A stretch of 63,877 bases of DNA, counting the filler, from Octopus bimaculoides (Eukaryota), in assembly GCF_001194135.2 (NCBI RefSeq). It is 7 parts of 7 records of this genome, joined end to end, with 100 filler letters (N's around TTAATTAATTAA, not from the genome) between each part and the next. Parts side by side here need not be neighbours in the genome. Positions count along the whole stretch, not along the records: positions 13,299 to 43,460 come from NC_068984.1; 6 more parts are not named here. One strand, 5' to 3'. A program made the position numbers and the translations under genes. This document shows, piece by piece, positions 24,448 to 37,877 of this stretch. Numbering within the stretch: the stretch's first letter is position 1; every line of letters begins with the position of its first letter. A model generated the notes under the pieces. That model was not told the origin of the DNA, searched no databases, and saw only the letters and a list, made by a program, of their open reading frames with translations.

Positions 24448-24995
24448 GGTGCCACATAGAAAGCACCCAGCACACTCTGTAAAATGGTTGGTGTTAGGAA
24501 GGGCATCAAGCTGTAGAAACCATGCCAAATCAAACTGGAACCTAGTACAGCTCTTCAACTTTCCAGCTCTAGTCAAACTGTCCAACCAATGTCAACATAG
24601 AAAATGAACATTAAACAATGATTATTATTATTATTATTATTATTTTAAGGTAGTGTTACAGTGATTCCCTACTGTACGCATTAGACCAGCCTTTTTCCCC
24701 TCCCTTGGCTCCAACTGACTACCCAACCATGTTAAATCCTTCTCTTGTCCCCTCACTCATCAACGACTGTATCATCTTTACTACTATTGCTGCTCACCCT
24801 CCAACTGTTCTGCATCCCTCTATCTTCTCTATGCAGTATTTCATCTGCCGTTATGTTCTGAGTTCAAATTCCACCAAGATCAACTTGGGACTTTTATCCT
24901 TTTGGAGTCGATTAATTAAGTACCAGTTAAACACTGGGGTTGATGTAATTGGCTGCCCTTGTGGAAAAATTTGAAACTATTATTATTATTGTTAT

Positions 24996-25305
24996 TTTAT
25001 TTTACTTCTCAGACCTCTCAGTCTTACTTCTAGTTAATTCTGTGAGAGCAGACAGCAACCTGTTATCAAAAGTCTCACAAGGTTTCTCAGGGTCTTGTTC
25101 TATGAATTATGAGACTTGGTACCTTGATATTACGTATTGTGAAAGATACTGAACACCTAAGTACCAATCTCAAAATCGTCACTGTCCCCAGTAGAGCAGT
25201 TTATAGAGCATACTCTAACCTCATGTCAATTCCAATTTCTCCAACATATTTCTCGAACTTGGTTGTTAGTATTCCAAGTGCTCCTACAGCTTCTGGAATG
25301 AGTTA
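24996..25305 (-). mobile_element. R4/Dong-like LINE 3' end
   Basis: EAVGALGILTTKFEKYVGEIGIDMRLEYAL*TALLGTVTILRLVL, the RLE-LINE C-terminus; TAA-type repeats on both sides. Confidence 0.75.
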
Positions 25306-26579
25306 CATCATCATCATCATCATCGTTGTTGTTGTTATTATTATTATTACTATTTATAATTCACTTCATACATGAAAGTAAATACAATATAATCATAAAT
25401 CAATCCAATGCAAGAGTGTCATAAAACTAATACTTCTCAAGGTCATTGACAATACATAATTCCAAACTAAGTTTTAGGAAAATAAACAGGATATTAGACA
25501 AATTAAGAAGCAAATTCTTAATGGTGTATAATTTTGAAATATTTACAACATATAATTGTTCAAATTCAGGGATTAGTTACTCCATTTTATTTTTCTTCAA
25601 TTGGAGGGAAATTAAGAAAATTATGAAAAGAGACAAAAAAAAAAATCAAGACTGAAACTGTATTATATTAAGGAAATTAGTTTTGGAGGTAGTCAAGGTA
25701 GCAGAGAGGGGTAGAAAAAGAACAGCATTATTAAATTTTAAGCATCTGTTTTCCTGAGGTCAAGTCTAGTTATTATGCTATTGAAGCATTGTTTTACATG
25801 CTGGATGCACTTCCTGACACTAACCCATACCTGACTTTCAAGTAAGGGATCTCTTATTACACACAGCTTCAAAGGCATGAAGTAAATCGGTGATTTATTG
25901 AGAGGAGAAATGTCAACAGCACTTCTCAAATGACATGAGTTTCGTAATACACACGCACACATTTATCAAGTTTCTTTTCACATTCTGTCAACTAAATCCA
26001 TTCACAAAATTTTGGTTGGCCCAGAGCTATAATAGGAGACACTTTCCCAAGATGCCACACAGTGGGATGGAACTTAAAACCACACAATAGGGAATCAAAC
26101 TTCTTAATCACAGAGCCATGCCTTCATCTATTGTCAATGGGAAAGATCCCTATTTTTAAAGAAGGAAAAGTGGAGGACTGGCAGAATAAGTACTGAGATG
26201 ATATAAAAATTTTCAGCAACTTTCAGAGAATCAGAAACCACAAGATATAGCATAGTCACCCTTCACAATCAATATGACTTTGTAGCTTGTATCATGCTTG
26301 TATTCATTGCTTTAAGTGTTTAATGTAGTTTTTACAAGTGAACATAAACATACTCACAGACCTCTCACTTTTGACCTAGTGGAACATTGGGGATATGACA
26401 TCTTCAAAGAAAGAAGCCTGCAACTGTAGTGTAGAGTCTGGCACAATGGGAAATTAATGTGTCTTACTAAAGGACACAAATGCTATCCAGTGCAGGAATT
26501 GAAACCTTGACCTTATAATAACAGGCCCAAAATCCTCACCATTTGGCCAAGTGCTTCCATAAGAGACAGAGACAAGATC

Positions 26580-26840
26580 AATATTGGGCAAATGCATGAA
26601 GAGCTTTGATGAGACAACAGTAAGAAACAAGGGCATTAGTGTTGGCACAGAGTGGCAATCTCTTGTTCATGACCATTATGAATTTTAAAGTTTTGTCAAA
26701 ATGTATGGTGCAAGACATTGTAGATCTTTGGCTGGGCTAAAAAGTCACATTCGATCACAGCACCGTTAAGTTAAGCTTCATGCAATGGCCATACTCGATA
26801 ACGAGAGGGCAGCCATCATGTATGTATGTATGTATGTACA
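26580..26840 (+). mobile_element. LINE 3' end with C2H2 remnant (same family as 7790-8121)
   Basis: CRSLAGLKSHIRSQHR*, then caatggccatactcgataacgag and (tatg)n. Confidence 0.65.
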
Positions 26841-28208
26841 CACACACATATGTCTTTGTTTATCTTTTTCTTTCACTTACTTCAGTTACCAGGCTGCAGT
26901 CATGTTGGGGCCCCACCTTGAAGAACTTTAGTCAAACAAATTAACCCCAGTACTAATTTTTTTAAAGCCTGCTACATATTTTATTGGTTGTCAGGTGGTG
27001 GTGAGAGACAAACACAGACACAAAGACACACACATGCACACAGATACACACACACTCACACACAAAAATTGTTAATCCAAATAAGTGAATGATTAGAAGA
27101 AATAAATTGGAAAATGCACAGCGAATATATGAATATATTAGAATTAATTAGAATTTAATCATATTTTAAAATATAAGAATGCACTTTATAGGTTTCACAT
27201 TAGTTTTGTAAAAGGGCATAGTTTACGGGGTGCTGTCAGGAATTATGTCTATTCAGGCTGTTGTCATAAAAATAGCTTGCTTTTAAAGAAGGAAAGTGGC
27301 TCAGAACACTATCTGTTAACGCACAAACTGATTGTTCAATATTCATGTATTAAGCTTATGTGGTAGTCGCACAACAAGGTCACATAAAAGCTTCTCTCCA
27401 TTGAATTTGTCATACAACAATTAGAAAAGAGAGATATGTATAAGCCATATAATAATTGTTTACATAAAAATGTTATAGACAATTATTGGTCATTATTCTG
27501 TTGAAAAATAATGTTATCAATTAGTGCTAGTTCCCTCCTATTGAATATGTTAAAACATATCCTTTCTTTGTTAACAAGGTGTGGGGTAAGATAATGAGGT
27601 GTGGAGTAAAAAAGATAGATGATAGCTGCTACATGAATTTTAGTTTTCTTAAGAAAATGTAGACATTTTACAATAATTAAATCATAGGAAAAGGAGAATT
27701 GTGTATTACTGATGTCTTTTTCAGCAGTGGCTTGTATTTTTTGATAAAAGAACTTTTTAATTCTTGTTTGGTATGGAGTATTATCAGCACATTTATAGAA
27801 TGGGAAGACAAGAAATTTGGGAGATTTGGCTTTTGCACATGTGTCCAGATGTTCACTAAGTGGAAATATATATATACGACAGGCTTCCTTCAGTTTCTGT
27901 CTCACAAGGCTCCACTCACAAGGCTTTGGTCAGTGTGAGGCTATAGTAGAAGACACATGTCCAAGGTGCCATGCAGTGAGAACTAAACCCTGAACTATGT
28001 GGTTGGGAAGCAAGATTTTTACCACATAACCATGCCTGCAGTGCATATGGGAGATGGGCTGAATCCTGGAAGTACTGCAATACTTGGCCAACCTAACTTT
28101 TTCTAAATATCAGTTTAATATCAATGATCCCAAATAGGGACTGCGTCAGATATTAAGCTAATAAGAACAGATATTATATTTTGATCTTAGCCAAAAGGCT
28201 GAGAAGTA

Positions 28209-28209
<1 letters not shown>

Positions 28210-28305
<96 letters not shown>

Positions 28306-28310
28306 TGTGT
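28210..28310. repeat. Long (GT)n microsatellite, representative of dozens of (CA)n/(TA)n/(GA)n/(TATG)n/(TATC)n tracts
   Basis: Seen directly. Confidence 0.95.
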
Positions 28311-29823
28311 TTACTGTTTCCTTGCCTTGACATTGCATGACAATGTGTGTCACTATCAAGCCAGCAGTGTCCTACATTTCTAATATCAGAAAATATCGCC
28401 TTACATGGTAACTGGTGAAGGCTTGCAAAAAGAAGAGCATTTGGCAATAGAAAATTTGCCTCAACAAATTCTTTCTGACTCATAGGAGCATAAAAAAAAT
28501 GGACCATTAAAATGATGATGATGATAATATCATTATTTCGATCATTATTTTAACATCATTATTTGTACCCTTTTGATATCAATCTGCCCAAAACTGCCAA
28601 TGGTTTTACGATACAAATTTTCTGTTTTTAAGTGATTTAAATTAAAACCTTTCAACAAAATTGCACATTAATTTACCTTTCAAAGACTTGCTTAATAATG
28701 ACAAAGTTATTTTACTAAATTCCTCATTACTTTCAAAATAAATTAAAACAAAGTCATTGTATTTAAACAGAACTATGGTAACAAAAGAGTTAGAGAGAGA
28801 AACAAATTATTATTTTAAAGAAATATTTATATTAAAGAGGCAGTTTTTTAATAATATCAATGTAGTGTTTGGACTGTATGGTCTGTATGGCACAAATATT
28901 GATTATTTTTCACAAGGAACAAGATTGATTAAGAACTAAAATTCAATATATTATTGACTCAGTAGGAGGAGGTAACAAGTAGTTAATTCAAACCGGAATG
29001 CAGAAGGAAACCGAATAATCGAAAACCTTTATTTTAATCCTACAAATTTTGATATATTTACATGCGTACATGCACACACACACACGCACACACACACACA
29101 CACGCACACACACACACACACACAGCTATGTGTGTGTGTTGGTGTTTGTATGCATATAAATATATCAAAAGTTGCAGGATTAAGATAAAACCTTTAGAAT
29201 AAAATACCAAGAAGAAATATGTGGGATGGAGATTCACTGAAGAAGTCACAGGACGTGTGATGAAAGATTTCAGACAAAGGACACTAAAATAAGAACAATA
29301 ATAAATCAGAAGTGAAGAATGAATATATAGTGCATGTGCTTATTTGGCAAAAATAAAGCACCATCCCAAAATATAACAATATATATATATATATATAAAA
29401 CAAAGACTGGAAAGTTTGGTATATTTTTAATTTCAGAGTAGACGTTTTATTACAGTATACAAAATAAATTATGGATATAAATATTAATAACAATAATAAT
29501 AATGATGATGAGTTCAAATTTTGGTACAACGCCAGATAGTTCAGGAGAAGGGATAAGTCAATTACATCGACCTCAGTGCTCAACCAGTATTTATTTTATT
29601 GACTATGAAAGGATGAAAGGCAAAGTCGACCTGAGTGGAATTTGAAGTCAGAACATAAAGACAGACAAAATACTGTTAAGCATTTTACCCGGTGTGCTAA
29701 CAATTCTGCCAGTTTGCCACCTTATTATGAATATGAATATTAATAACAATAATAATAATAATGATAATATGATAAATATAATAAATTCATAATTTACAAG
29801 GACAAAGTTTAGATTATAAGCCC

Positions 29824-29866
<43 letters not shown>

Positions 29867-30206
29867 ATATATATATTATTTATATATATACTGAAAATGT
29901 AGAGATCTAATGGATACAGATTAATTTATTAACATTTTCACCTACAATTGTTTCATTTCTCAACCAAAATTTAAATTACAAAAACATATGAATATATAAT
30001 CTTGTATTTAAAAATAACTTGTATGGAAAATCACCAGGGTGTACAAATATAATAATAATATTTGATATTTTATGATATTTTATATAATATATTCATTAAA
30101 GGAATATCTCTTCAAAATACAATATATTAAACCACTGTATCTTGAATAAAAAATATCCCTTTAAGAGGTCTAAATATCCTCATAGTGACTATATATNNNN
30201 NNNNNN

Positions 30207-30246
<40 letters not shown>

Positions 30247-32412
30247 GTGTGTGTGTGAGTGTGTGTGTGTGTGTGTATGCATGTATGTATGTATGTATGT
30301 ATGTATAACTTTTATACATAATAAATTGGCAGTATTAAAGTATCAGAAATAATGATATTTGTTCCAGCTCTCTGTTTTCTACCTTCAAAGTCTACTGAGT
30401 TCAACTCTATTTTCTGTCAGCATCAGAAATCTTTATCTCTCAAGAATAAAAGGTTGTGGACTAGCAGAATGGGCAATGAACTAAATATCTTAGAATATTT
30501 AAGTCTCATCACTTTATGTTATGCTGTTCATTGCTCCATGATCAATGAATAAAAAGCAAGCCCAGCCAGTACTGCAGTGGATTCTTCTGTAACTCTTTAA
30601 TCCCTCTCTTTCTCTCTGGTACTAATTGGTGGTTGTCATACCTAGAGAAGGACATGCTCTGCACAGTTAAAAATAACACATTAATGATGCCTCAAGGATT
30701 TCACCAGGAATTGAAGACCCAAGGAAGAAAGGGACATTACAAAAATATTCCGTACTCTCCATAAAATCTGAATCCTGAATTGATTTATATTCATGGAATG
30801 AAACAAGACCAGGAATTGTAACATTCAAGACATTTTCCCTTTACTTCAATAACAGAATTATGAAACCACCATTCACTAATGAGTTTAAACTTTACTCCAA
30901 TTAACTTCTGTTTCAATAATTGTCTTGTACTTTTTTTGACTGACATAAAAACAGGTGTTATTCTTTAGCTCATGGTTGAATGGTTAACTGTAATGAAGAT
31001 AAAAAAGGTAAAGTTACCTTGTTGAGGCACACTGACTCATAAGGGTTGGTTTCCCAGCAGTTTCATGGCATATATATTCCCCATCTAGATGGGATGCTGG
31101 TCTATCACAAGATTACTCATTTTTGCCAGCTGAGTGGACTGGAGCAATGTGAAATGAAGTGTTTTGCTCAAGAACACAATGCATCACCCAGTCCAGGATT
31201 TGAAACCACAATTTTATGATCATAAGTTCAACACCCTTAACCGAGCTATGTGCCTCCACTACAGTAATGAAGGGTATCCAGCTGTAACAATAATTTTTGA
31301 AAAAAAGAAAAACAAAAGAAAAAAAAACATTCCACCCAAGCAAATATGATAAAATAAGAATCAAACAGGAAATAAAAAGGGAAGCCACAAAAAATAAATA
31401 ATAAGTATATAATTTAAGCTATGACGATGGTAGTGGTGAAAGTGGTAATGTTGATAGTGATTGTGACAGTGATAATGGGAATGATGGTGATGATGTCACT
31501 GGTGGTGGTGATGGTGAAGCTTGTGGGAGTAATGATAATGATAGTGGTTGTTCAATTAGTTTATCTGGAGATGAGTAATATTTATTTATATTTTGGTGCC
31601 ATTTAAGTTTTTCTTAAATCTAAGGCCAGCATGTCTAATGTCACTATTTATTCTCTTCTCTTGTTATTCAATGAAAACATTGCTAAGGCGTGGGAGCATC
31701 TGGGAGTATAGATAGAAAGAATGGTCTGCATAGTTATGGGGGCAAGTTATGGTAGGGAGGAACTGTTGATTAAACCTAATTTCAACACAATCTTTTCCAC
31801 ACAGATTCTTGTCTTATATCCAACTTGAAAACATGTCTTATGTAGTTATTAGTATTAACATTGTCACATCACAAAAGTATGGGCTTTATAATTTACTTGG
31901 ACCACATTGTTAATTCACTTCCAATGTCTCCCTTAATTGTATTTAGATTTATGACAACAAAGGGCGTTTTCTATCCTAGAATAGGAAGGAAGACATTACG
32001 AGTGAATTCAATCTTAACTAAATAATCCTGTGCAATAGGTGATAATTTAGAGCTTAAAACCTCTGTTGGTTGTGAGAATGGCAATAGCCTTGGCTGTCAC
32101 ACTACTACCATGATGACAATCTTATTTTGATAGATTAATCTTGACAAAGAGTTTGTTACATCCTAATGATATCTTAAGCATTTTCTGCAAAGACCATTAT
32201 TTGCACATCACTAAAATTCACTGAGCTACAAGTACTGATGTACTGTTGTTTCCCTGTTAATAAAAAAATCATCCACTGTTTTGCACTTCAAAGATATATA
32301 GAAGAGATCTATTATTTGAAAAACAAGTAAGAGTTAATGATGAGAAAAGCAATGCTTCAATAATATATTCCTCTAATTCCTCTAAGCACAGAAAGCAGAT
32401 ATAAATCTAAAC

Positions 32413-34160
32413 CAGTGGTTCTCAACCAGGTCCATATGACCCCAGGGGTTCCATATGAGATTTTTTGGGGTATGGAGCATGGAAACAAAATAGTAAATTG
32501 GGGATCTACAGTAGTATATATATATACTTGGAAATGGATGCGGGGTGTTCATTCAAATAACAATATAAATAATATATACAGGGATTGGACAAAATAATGG
32601 AAACACCTTAAAATTTCAAACAAATTTATTGTAATATCGGGTAGGACCGCCTTTGGCAGTAATTACAGCCTGAATTCTACGAGGTATGGACTCGTACAAA
32701 GTTTAAATTGTTTTCAAAGGAATTTTTGTTTATTCTTCAGCTAAAACAGTCTCCAGTTCTTGTAGTGATGATGGTGGAGGATATCGACTCATTACTTGTT
32801 TTTCTAAAATGCACCATAAATGTTCAATAATATTGAGATCTGGGGACTGTGGTGGCCAGATAAGATGTTCAACTTCACTAGAATGTTCCTCATGCAATTC
32901 AGTAACAATTTTAGCTGTGTGAATTGGCGCATTATCACCCTGAAAGATTGCATTTCCCTCTGGAAACAGTTCCGCAACCATAGGATGAATTTTATCAGAT
33001 AAAATGCTTAAATAGTCTTGACTATTAATTCTACCATGAAGGGAAAACATAGTGCCAGCAGATTTCCAAGATATAGTCCCCAAGATCATCCATGTTTAAC
33101 AGTTGGAAGAAGGCAGTCAGCGTCAAATGTTTCTTTTGGCTCTCTCCACACATATACTTGGCTGGTGGTTGGAAATAGGGTAAAGTATGACTCGTCTGAG
33201 AAAATAACATTCCTCCACTGCTCTAGGGACCAATTCTGTAGGTTCTTACTCCACTCCAAACACTTTGCAACGTTTATTTTTGAAAGTAGTGGTTTTCTGA
33301 TTGCAACCCTCCCGTGAAATCCTGCTTTGTGCAGCTCCCAGCGAACAGTTTTTGTGGAAACTGCATTCTCGAGATGGTCATTAAGCTCTGCAGTAATTTT
33401 GGGAGCTGTACTTTTGTGATCCTTTCTAACAATTTGTATAAGAATCCGACAGTCCCTATCTGAAAGTTTTGGTTTTCTTCTGAAGTTTTGTTTTGACGAG
33501 GAGGTTTTTCCCTCTTTCTCAAAGGCTGTCATTTCTTTCGAGACAGTACTNNNNNNNNNNAGGTTTTTCCCTCTTTCTCAAAGGCTGTCATTTCTTTCGA
33601 GACAGTACTTCTTATTTCTTTATTGCCCACAAGACAGTACTTTTTGATACACTAAACATTTCGGTTGTTTTCATTATGCTAGTGCCTGGTATACAAGCAC
33701 CAACAATTTGACCTCTTTGAAAGTCCGATGGATCTGTCATTTTAATGAATTTTAATTACCTTTTTCTGATGATATCTGAAAGAAACACCAATTTTAGCAA
33801 AACATATTAAGCAACACTAATAATAAATCAAAAAAACATAAAAATAAACAAGCTTTTGATGGTTTTATAGATATTTCAAAATTATGATGCTATGATGTTA
33901 TGCTGCTAGGTATTTCCATTATTTTGTCCAGCCTGTATTTAGATGTATTTAGATGTATTTATTGCAAGATGCAGCTAGGTTTCTTTCACCAACGTTTTAC
34001 AAAGTTCAACCTATACAAATGAATGAGTGCATAACAAAATAGGAATTTTAAAAGAAGTATCTATAAAACTAGTTTCCAAACATTGAATGGCTATGGGAGT
34101 CCACCAGAATAAAATAGTAATCAAAGGGGTTCATAAATGAAAAATGGCTGAGAACCACTG
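32413..34160. mobile_element. hAT (Charlie-like) MITE, ~390 bp, split by a nested Tc1
   Basis: TIRs cagtggttctcaacc / ggctgagaaccactg; 8-bp TSD atctaaac (32405-32412) vs atctgaac (34161-34168). Confidence 0.85.
32579..33935 (-). mobile_element. Near full-length Tc1-family transposon with DD36E transposase pseudogene
   Basis: TA-flanked TIRs cagggattggacaaaataatggaaa / tttccattattttgtccagcctg. ATG at 33740 reads MTDPSDFQRGQIVGA...; catalytic FSDES and FQGDNAPIH-(36 aa)-EHLW; stops and indels present. Confidence 0.92.
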
Positions 34161-34795
34161 ATCTGAACAGACACCCTAATAAAAAACATAACGTTGATTT
34201 TTTTCCAAAGCCTAGATGGTTCACAAATAGTAAAATCCAGTTCTAGATTGTTAATGATTATGTGATTATATGTGATATCTACTGCAGGTGATATTTTTTA
34301 AAATCTGGTATACACACACACACACACACNNNNNNNNNNACACACATGCCAGGCAGATTGGTATATAGAATTAAGTATACTGCTTAAATAGATTTGAATT
34401 TAAGAACCTTGTAGTAGTTTTGAATACAAAACAAGAATTGTAGTCCAGTACAGTATTAATACAGCCATTTTCATATCTTATCAGCATATATAATGTTCAC
34501 TTGACATTAATGTGAAATAATTATAATGGTGACAGCTTCCCAATAACCTAGTATCAACTTTAAATTAATAAAACTTCAGTGTTAAAGAAATTATAAAGAC
34601 ACTACCTGAAGTGCAATAAAAAAAAAATACTGTTTAATTGGCAAACCTTTCCCAACAAATTTCTCATATACTTGCATTAAATTTTTCCTTGTATTACTAC
34701 ACACTAATTTAATAATGCTTATAAAACTTGTGAAAGATGGCCTACTTCTTCTGTCTTAAATTAACTGATTGTAGGAAGTAAATTAGCATACTTAC

Positions 34796-34953
34796 GACAT
34801 AGAAACTGATCAGGAGAAAGTTCACTCACTAATTGTCCTGAAACACTGAGAGGTGATTCACAGGTGACATTTGACCTGTCCCCCAGCAACCTCAGTTTAT
34901 CTGACAACCATTTCAACTTGCAGTCACATACCAATGGGTTCCCCTGCAAATTA
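34796..34953 (-). CDS. PXDN: Peroxidasin-like protein, last LRR plus LRRCT exon (158 nt, phase 2 to 1)
   Basis: Acceptor ttgtttttatattgcag, donor C|GTAAGT. Encodes NLQGNPLVCDCKLKWLSDKLRLLGDRSNVTCESPLSVSGQLVSELSPDQFLC, with the LRRCT cysteine pattern. Confidence 0.9.
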
Positions 34954-35605
34954 CTGCAATATAAAAACAACAATGCCATATAAATTAATTTTGTATATAA
35001 GATAAAATTTTATCTCATATTTACGGTGTTGAGAAATTTTCACAGATATGCTATTTTTATAATACTAATGAACTCATTCTCAATGTTTGCTTTTAATTTT
35101 GTTGTTGCTGGATATGAACGCATCAATTATAAACATAACTCTATTAGAAAAATAACGTTGTTTCAAGAAATGCATAACCAACCTCTCAATATACAAAGCT
35201 ACCATGTAAGCCCCTTCCCTTTCTTGCATTCTATATACTTTTACTTTTTATTTACCATTATACTCACAATACAGTTTTTCAAAGCAGATGGCAAAATAGA
35301 AACAAAGCGATTTGACAGCCAGTTGATAGAGGTAAGCAACTTGTGCAATACAGGGGAACACATTAAAATAAATAAGATAGGTAAAGACTACTGGAAGTTA
35401 TTTTTCATTTATCTATTTATTGCTGAAGGTTATTTAAATACTGAAAATATATTTTTGTTACTAAATACATAAAATATGATCCTGCATAAAAACAAAGAGC
35501 AAAGTGCATTAGTTGAATATATCTATCTAACTATACATACATGACATAGAGATAGGTTTATTATATTACGAAGTAGGAACACTAAGCAGTGATGTGTATA
35601 AATGC

Positions 35606-35706
35606 AATGTTATTACCAGTTCAAATATGCTTGTGGAATGTTTAAGAGAATGGCTTGTTTATGAGTCCAAATGAGCCACAAGCATATTTGAACTGATAAT
35701 AACATT
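35606..35706. repeat. 31-bp inverted repeat with 39-nt spacer (hairpin or mini-MITE)
   Basis: aatgttattaccagttcaaatatgcttgtgg vs ccacaagcatatttgaactgataataacatt, 1 mismatch. Confidence 0.85.
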
Positions 35707-36516
35707 AGAATTATTATAATTTTAAGAAAAATACTAAGCTAGTGGAATGCTAAAAATGGCAAATCATTAGGCTAAATAATTAACAGTTTATTTTTAATTT
35801 CTCTATATTCTGAGTTCAAACTGTACCAGGATCATTTCTGACTTCCATTCTTCTGTAGTTGATAAAGTAACCACCAAGAATATTATGATATTGATTCAAT
35901 CTGATGGGAACCATTCTTTTTATTCAAATTTGTTTAAATTTGTATACTTTGTATTAATAAGAACATTATTACAATATATTTTCAGGGGTCTGTTTGTATC
36001 ATGGTTTGATTATAAAACAATGTTTCATATAAGTGCAAGCATGGCTATGTGGTTAAGAAACTCACTTTGCAACCATATGGTTTCAGGTTCAGTCCCACTA
36101 AGTAGCAACTTGGGCAAGTGTCCTCTACAACAAGCCCTGGGACAACCAATGCCTAATGAGTAAATTTAGTAGATGGAAACTATGTGGAAGATACAAATAT
36201 ATATATATGAGACCAACAGAATAAGTACCAGACTTAAAAAAATAAGTACTTGGGTAAATCTGTTCAATTAAACCCTCAAAGGCAGTGTCCTAAATGAAAC
36301 AAGTAAAAGATAAAAGTTAGAAATCAGCCATCTCTTTGAAAGAGCTGGAATAAGTAACTACAATCCTTAAACCTTGTAAAAGTACCTACTGTATTTGCTG
36401 TTGCCACCAAAAGCTTGCCAATATTTTTGTTAATTATCCTTACAAAAGAAATACCATTTTCAGCAGTTGTTTTTGATCTTAGAAGACTTACAAAAGAAAT
36501 ATATTATTGAAATATA

Positions 36517-37779
36517 CGAGGGTGGGCTGAAAAGTTCACAGGCTGACTATGAAGGTGTGATGTTAGAGCTGTACAATCTTACATGCATTAATTTCAATTC
36601 TTCTTATTAATAACTGCATTGTTTCTTTCCTTGTATGAAAGCTGACATCTGACTGTTCAAAGAAGACTTCAAAAATAACAAGTAGCAACTTCTCTTGAAA
36701 ACGGACAAAATTTGGTGTCATGGTGCTATCAAGTACCTGCAGAAAAAAGGGTTTAATCCCCAAGGACATTCATGCTGACATGGTTGTTACATTAGAGGAT
36801 GGCACTCCAGCTTTAGCAACAGGGCAAAAGTGGACAGCTGAATTTAGGAGAGGAATAGAGAGTCTTGAAGATGACCCAAGGCCTGATTGTCTTCCAGCTG
36901 CCACCACTGAGGGAAACATTGATCCTGTGCATCACATGCTGGTGGATGACAGGAGGCTGACTGTAAATCAAATAGCCTATAAGTATCTTGTGAGAGAGTT
37001 GAAAATATTCTGCTCAATGAACTTGGCATGATAAAAGTTTCTTCTCAGTGGGTGCCACATCTTCTGACACTTGATCAAAGGTGCATCAGGCTGATCACAT
37101 CGCAAGAAAATCTGACAGTGTTTGAGGCAAATCCAGCTGATTTCCTTGAACATTTCCTAACCCAGGATGAGTGTTGGGTTCATCATTTTGAGCCAGAGAC
37201 AAAGAGACATTCCATGCAGTGGAAACTCCTCTTCACCTGCTCCAAAGAAGGCCAAGGTAGTTTAATCTGCAGGGAAGGTAATGGCCTCAGTATTTTGGGA
37301 TGCAAAAGGCATTGTGTTTACTGACTATCTTCAAAAGAGCCGCACCCTCAATGGAGAGTACTTGTTGAGGAAGTTACAATAGGCTATCAAGACCAAGCAC
37401 CCAGGAAACGTGATGAGATGAAAGGGGTCTTGTTTCATCAGGGCAATGCTCCAGCACAAAAATCTTTGTTTTCCATGTTGTGCATGACTATGACTTTGAA
37501 CTGGTTGACTAGGCTCCCTATTCTCCTGATTTGACCTCATCGGAGAAAAAAGTACTTGGCTTTGTATGAGTACTGCAGTGATGATGATGTCATATTTGCT
37601 GTCGATGACATTTGTAACTAACAGGATGAAAGTTTCTTCACCAATGGGATCAAATCACTGCAACACTGATGGAAGTAATGTGTGGACTGCAAGGGGGACT
37701 ATGTTGAAAAGTGAACCTCATTTGGTCGCATTCCATGAGAGTATCTTGGTCAGCCTATGAACTGTACACCCAGCCCTCA
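36517..37779 (+). mobile_element. Full-length degenerate mariner element (~1.26 kb)
   Basis: TA-flanked imperfect TIRs cgagggtgggctgaaaagttcacaggctgac / gtcagcctatgaactgtacacccagccctca; transposase relics WVPHLLT, TQDECWVHHFEPETKRHSMQW, PYSPDLT. Confidence 0.9.
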
Positions 37780-37877
37780 TAATCTATATAGTAATTATTT
37801 TCCCATTAAAGTAACACACTAGTAATTTTATTTCATGAATTTATGGACTGATGCTTCTTTCTTTTTAAAGCAAACTT

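Noticed and set aside
27483-27905. 140-aa minus-strand ORF
   Set aside because: Starts inside a SINE, no recognisable domain, no convincing splice sites
33502-33609. 49-bp direct duplication in the Tc1
   Set aside because: The copies are identical and flank a 10-N gap: unmerged contig overlap
1983-34953. A single LRR-Ig-(TM)-ankyrin fusion receptor, since all exons are on the minus strand
   Set aside because: The Ig exon ends in phase 1 while the ankyrin exons start in phase 0 (a direct splice gives SENDPK*). No TM exon was found, an artificial join lies between them, and the ankyrin gene has its own ATG and CpG-rich upstream region.
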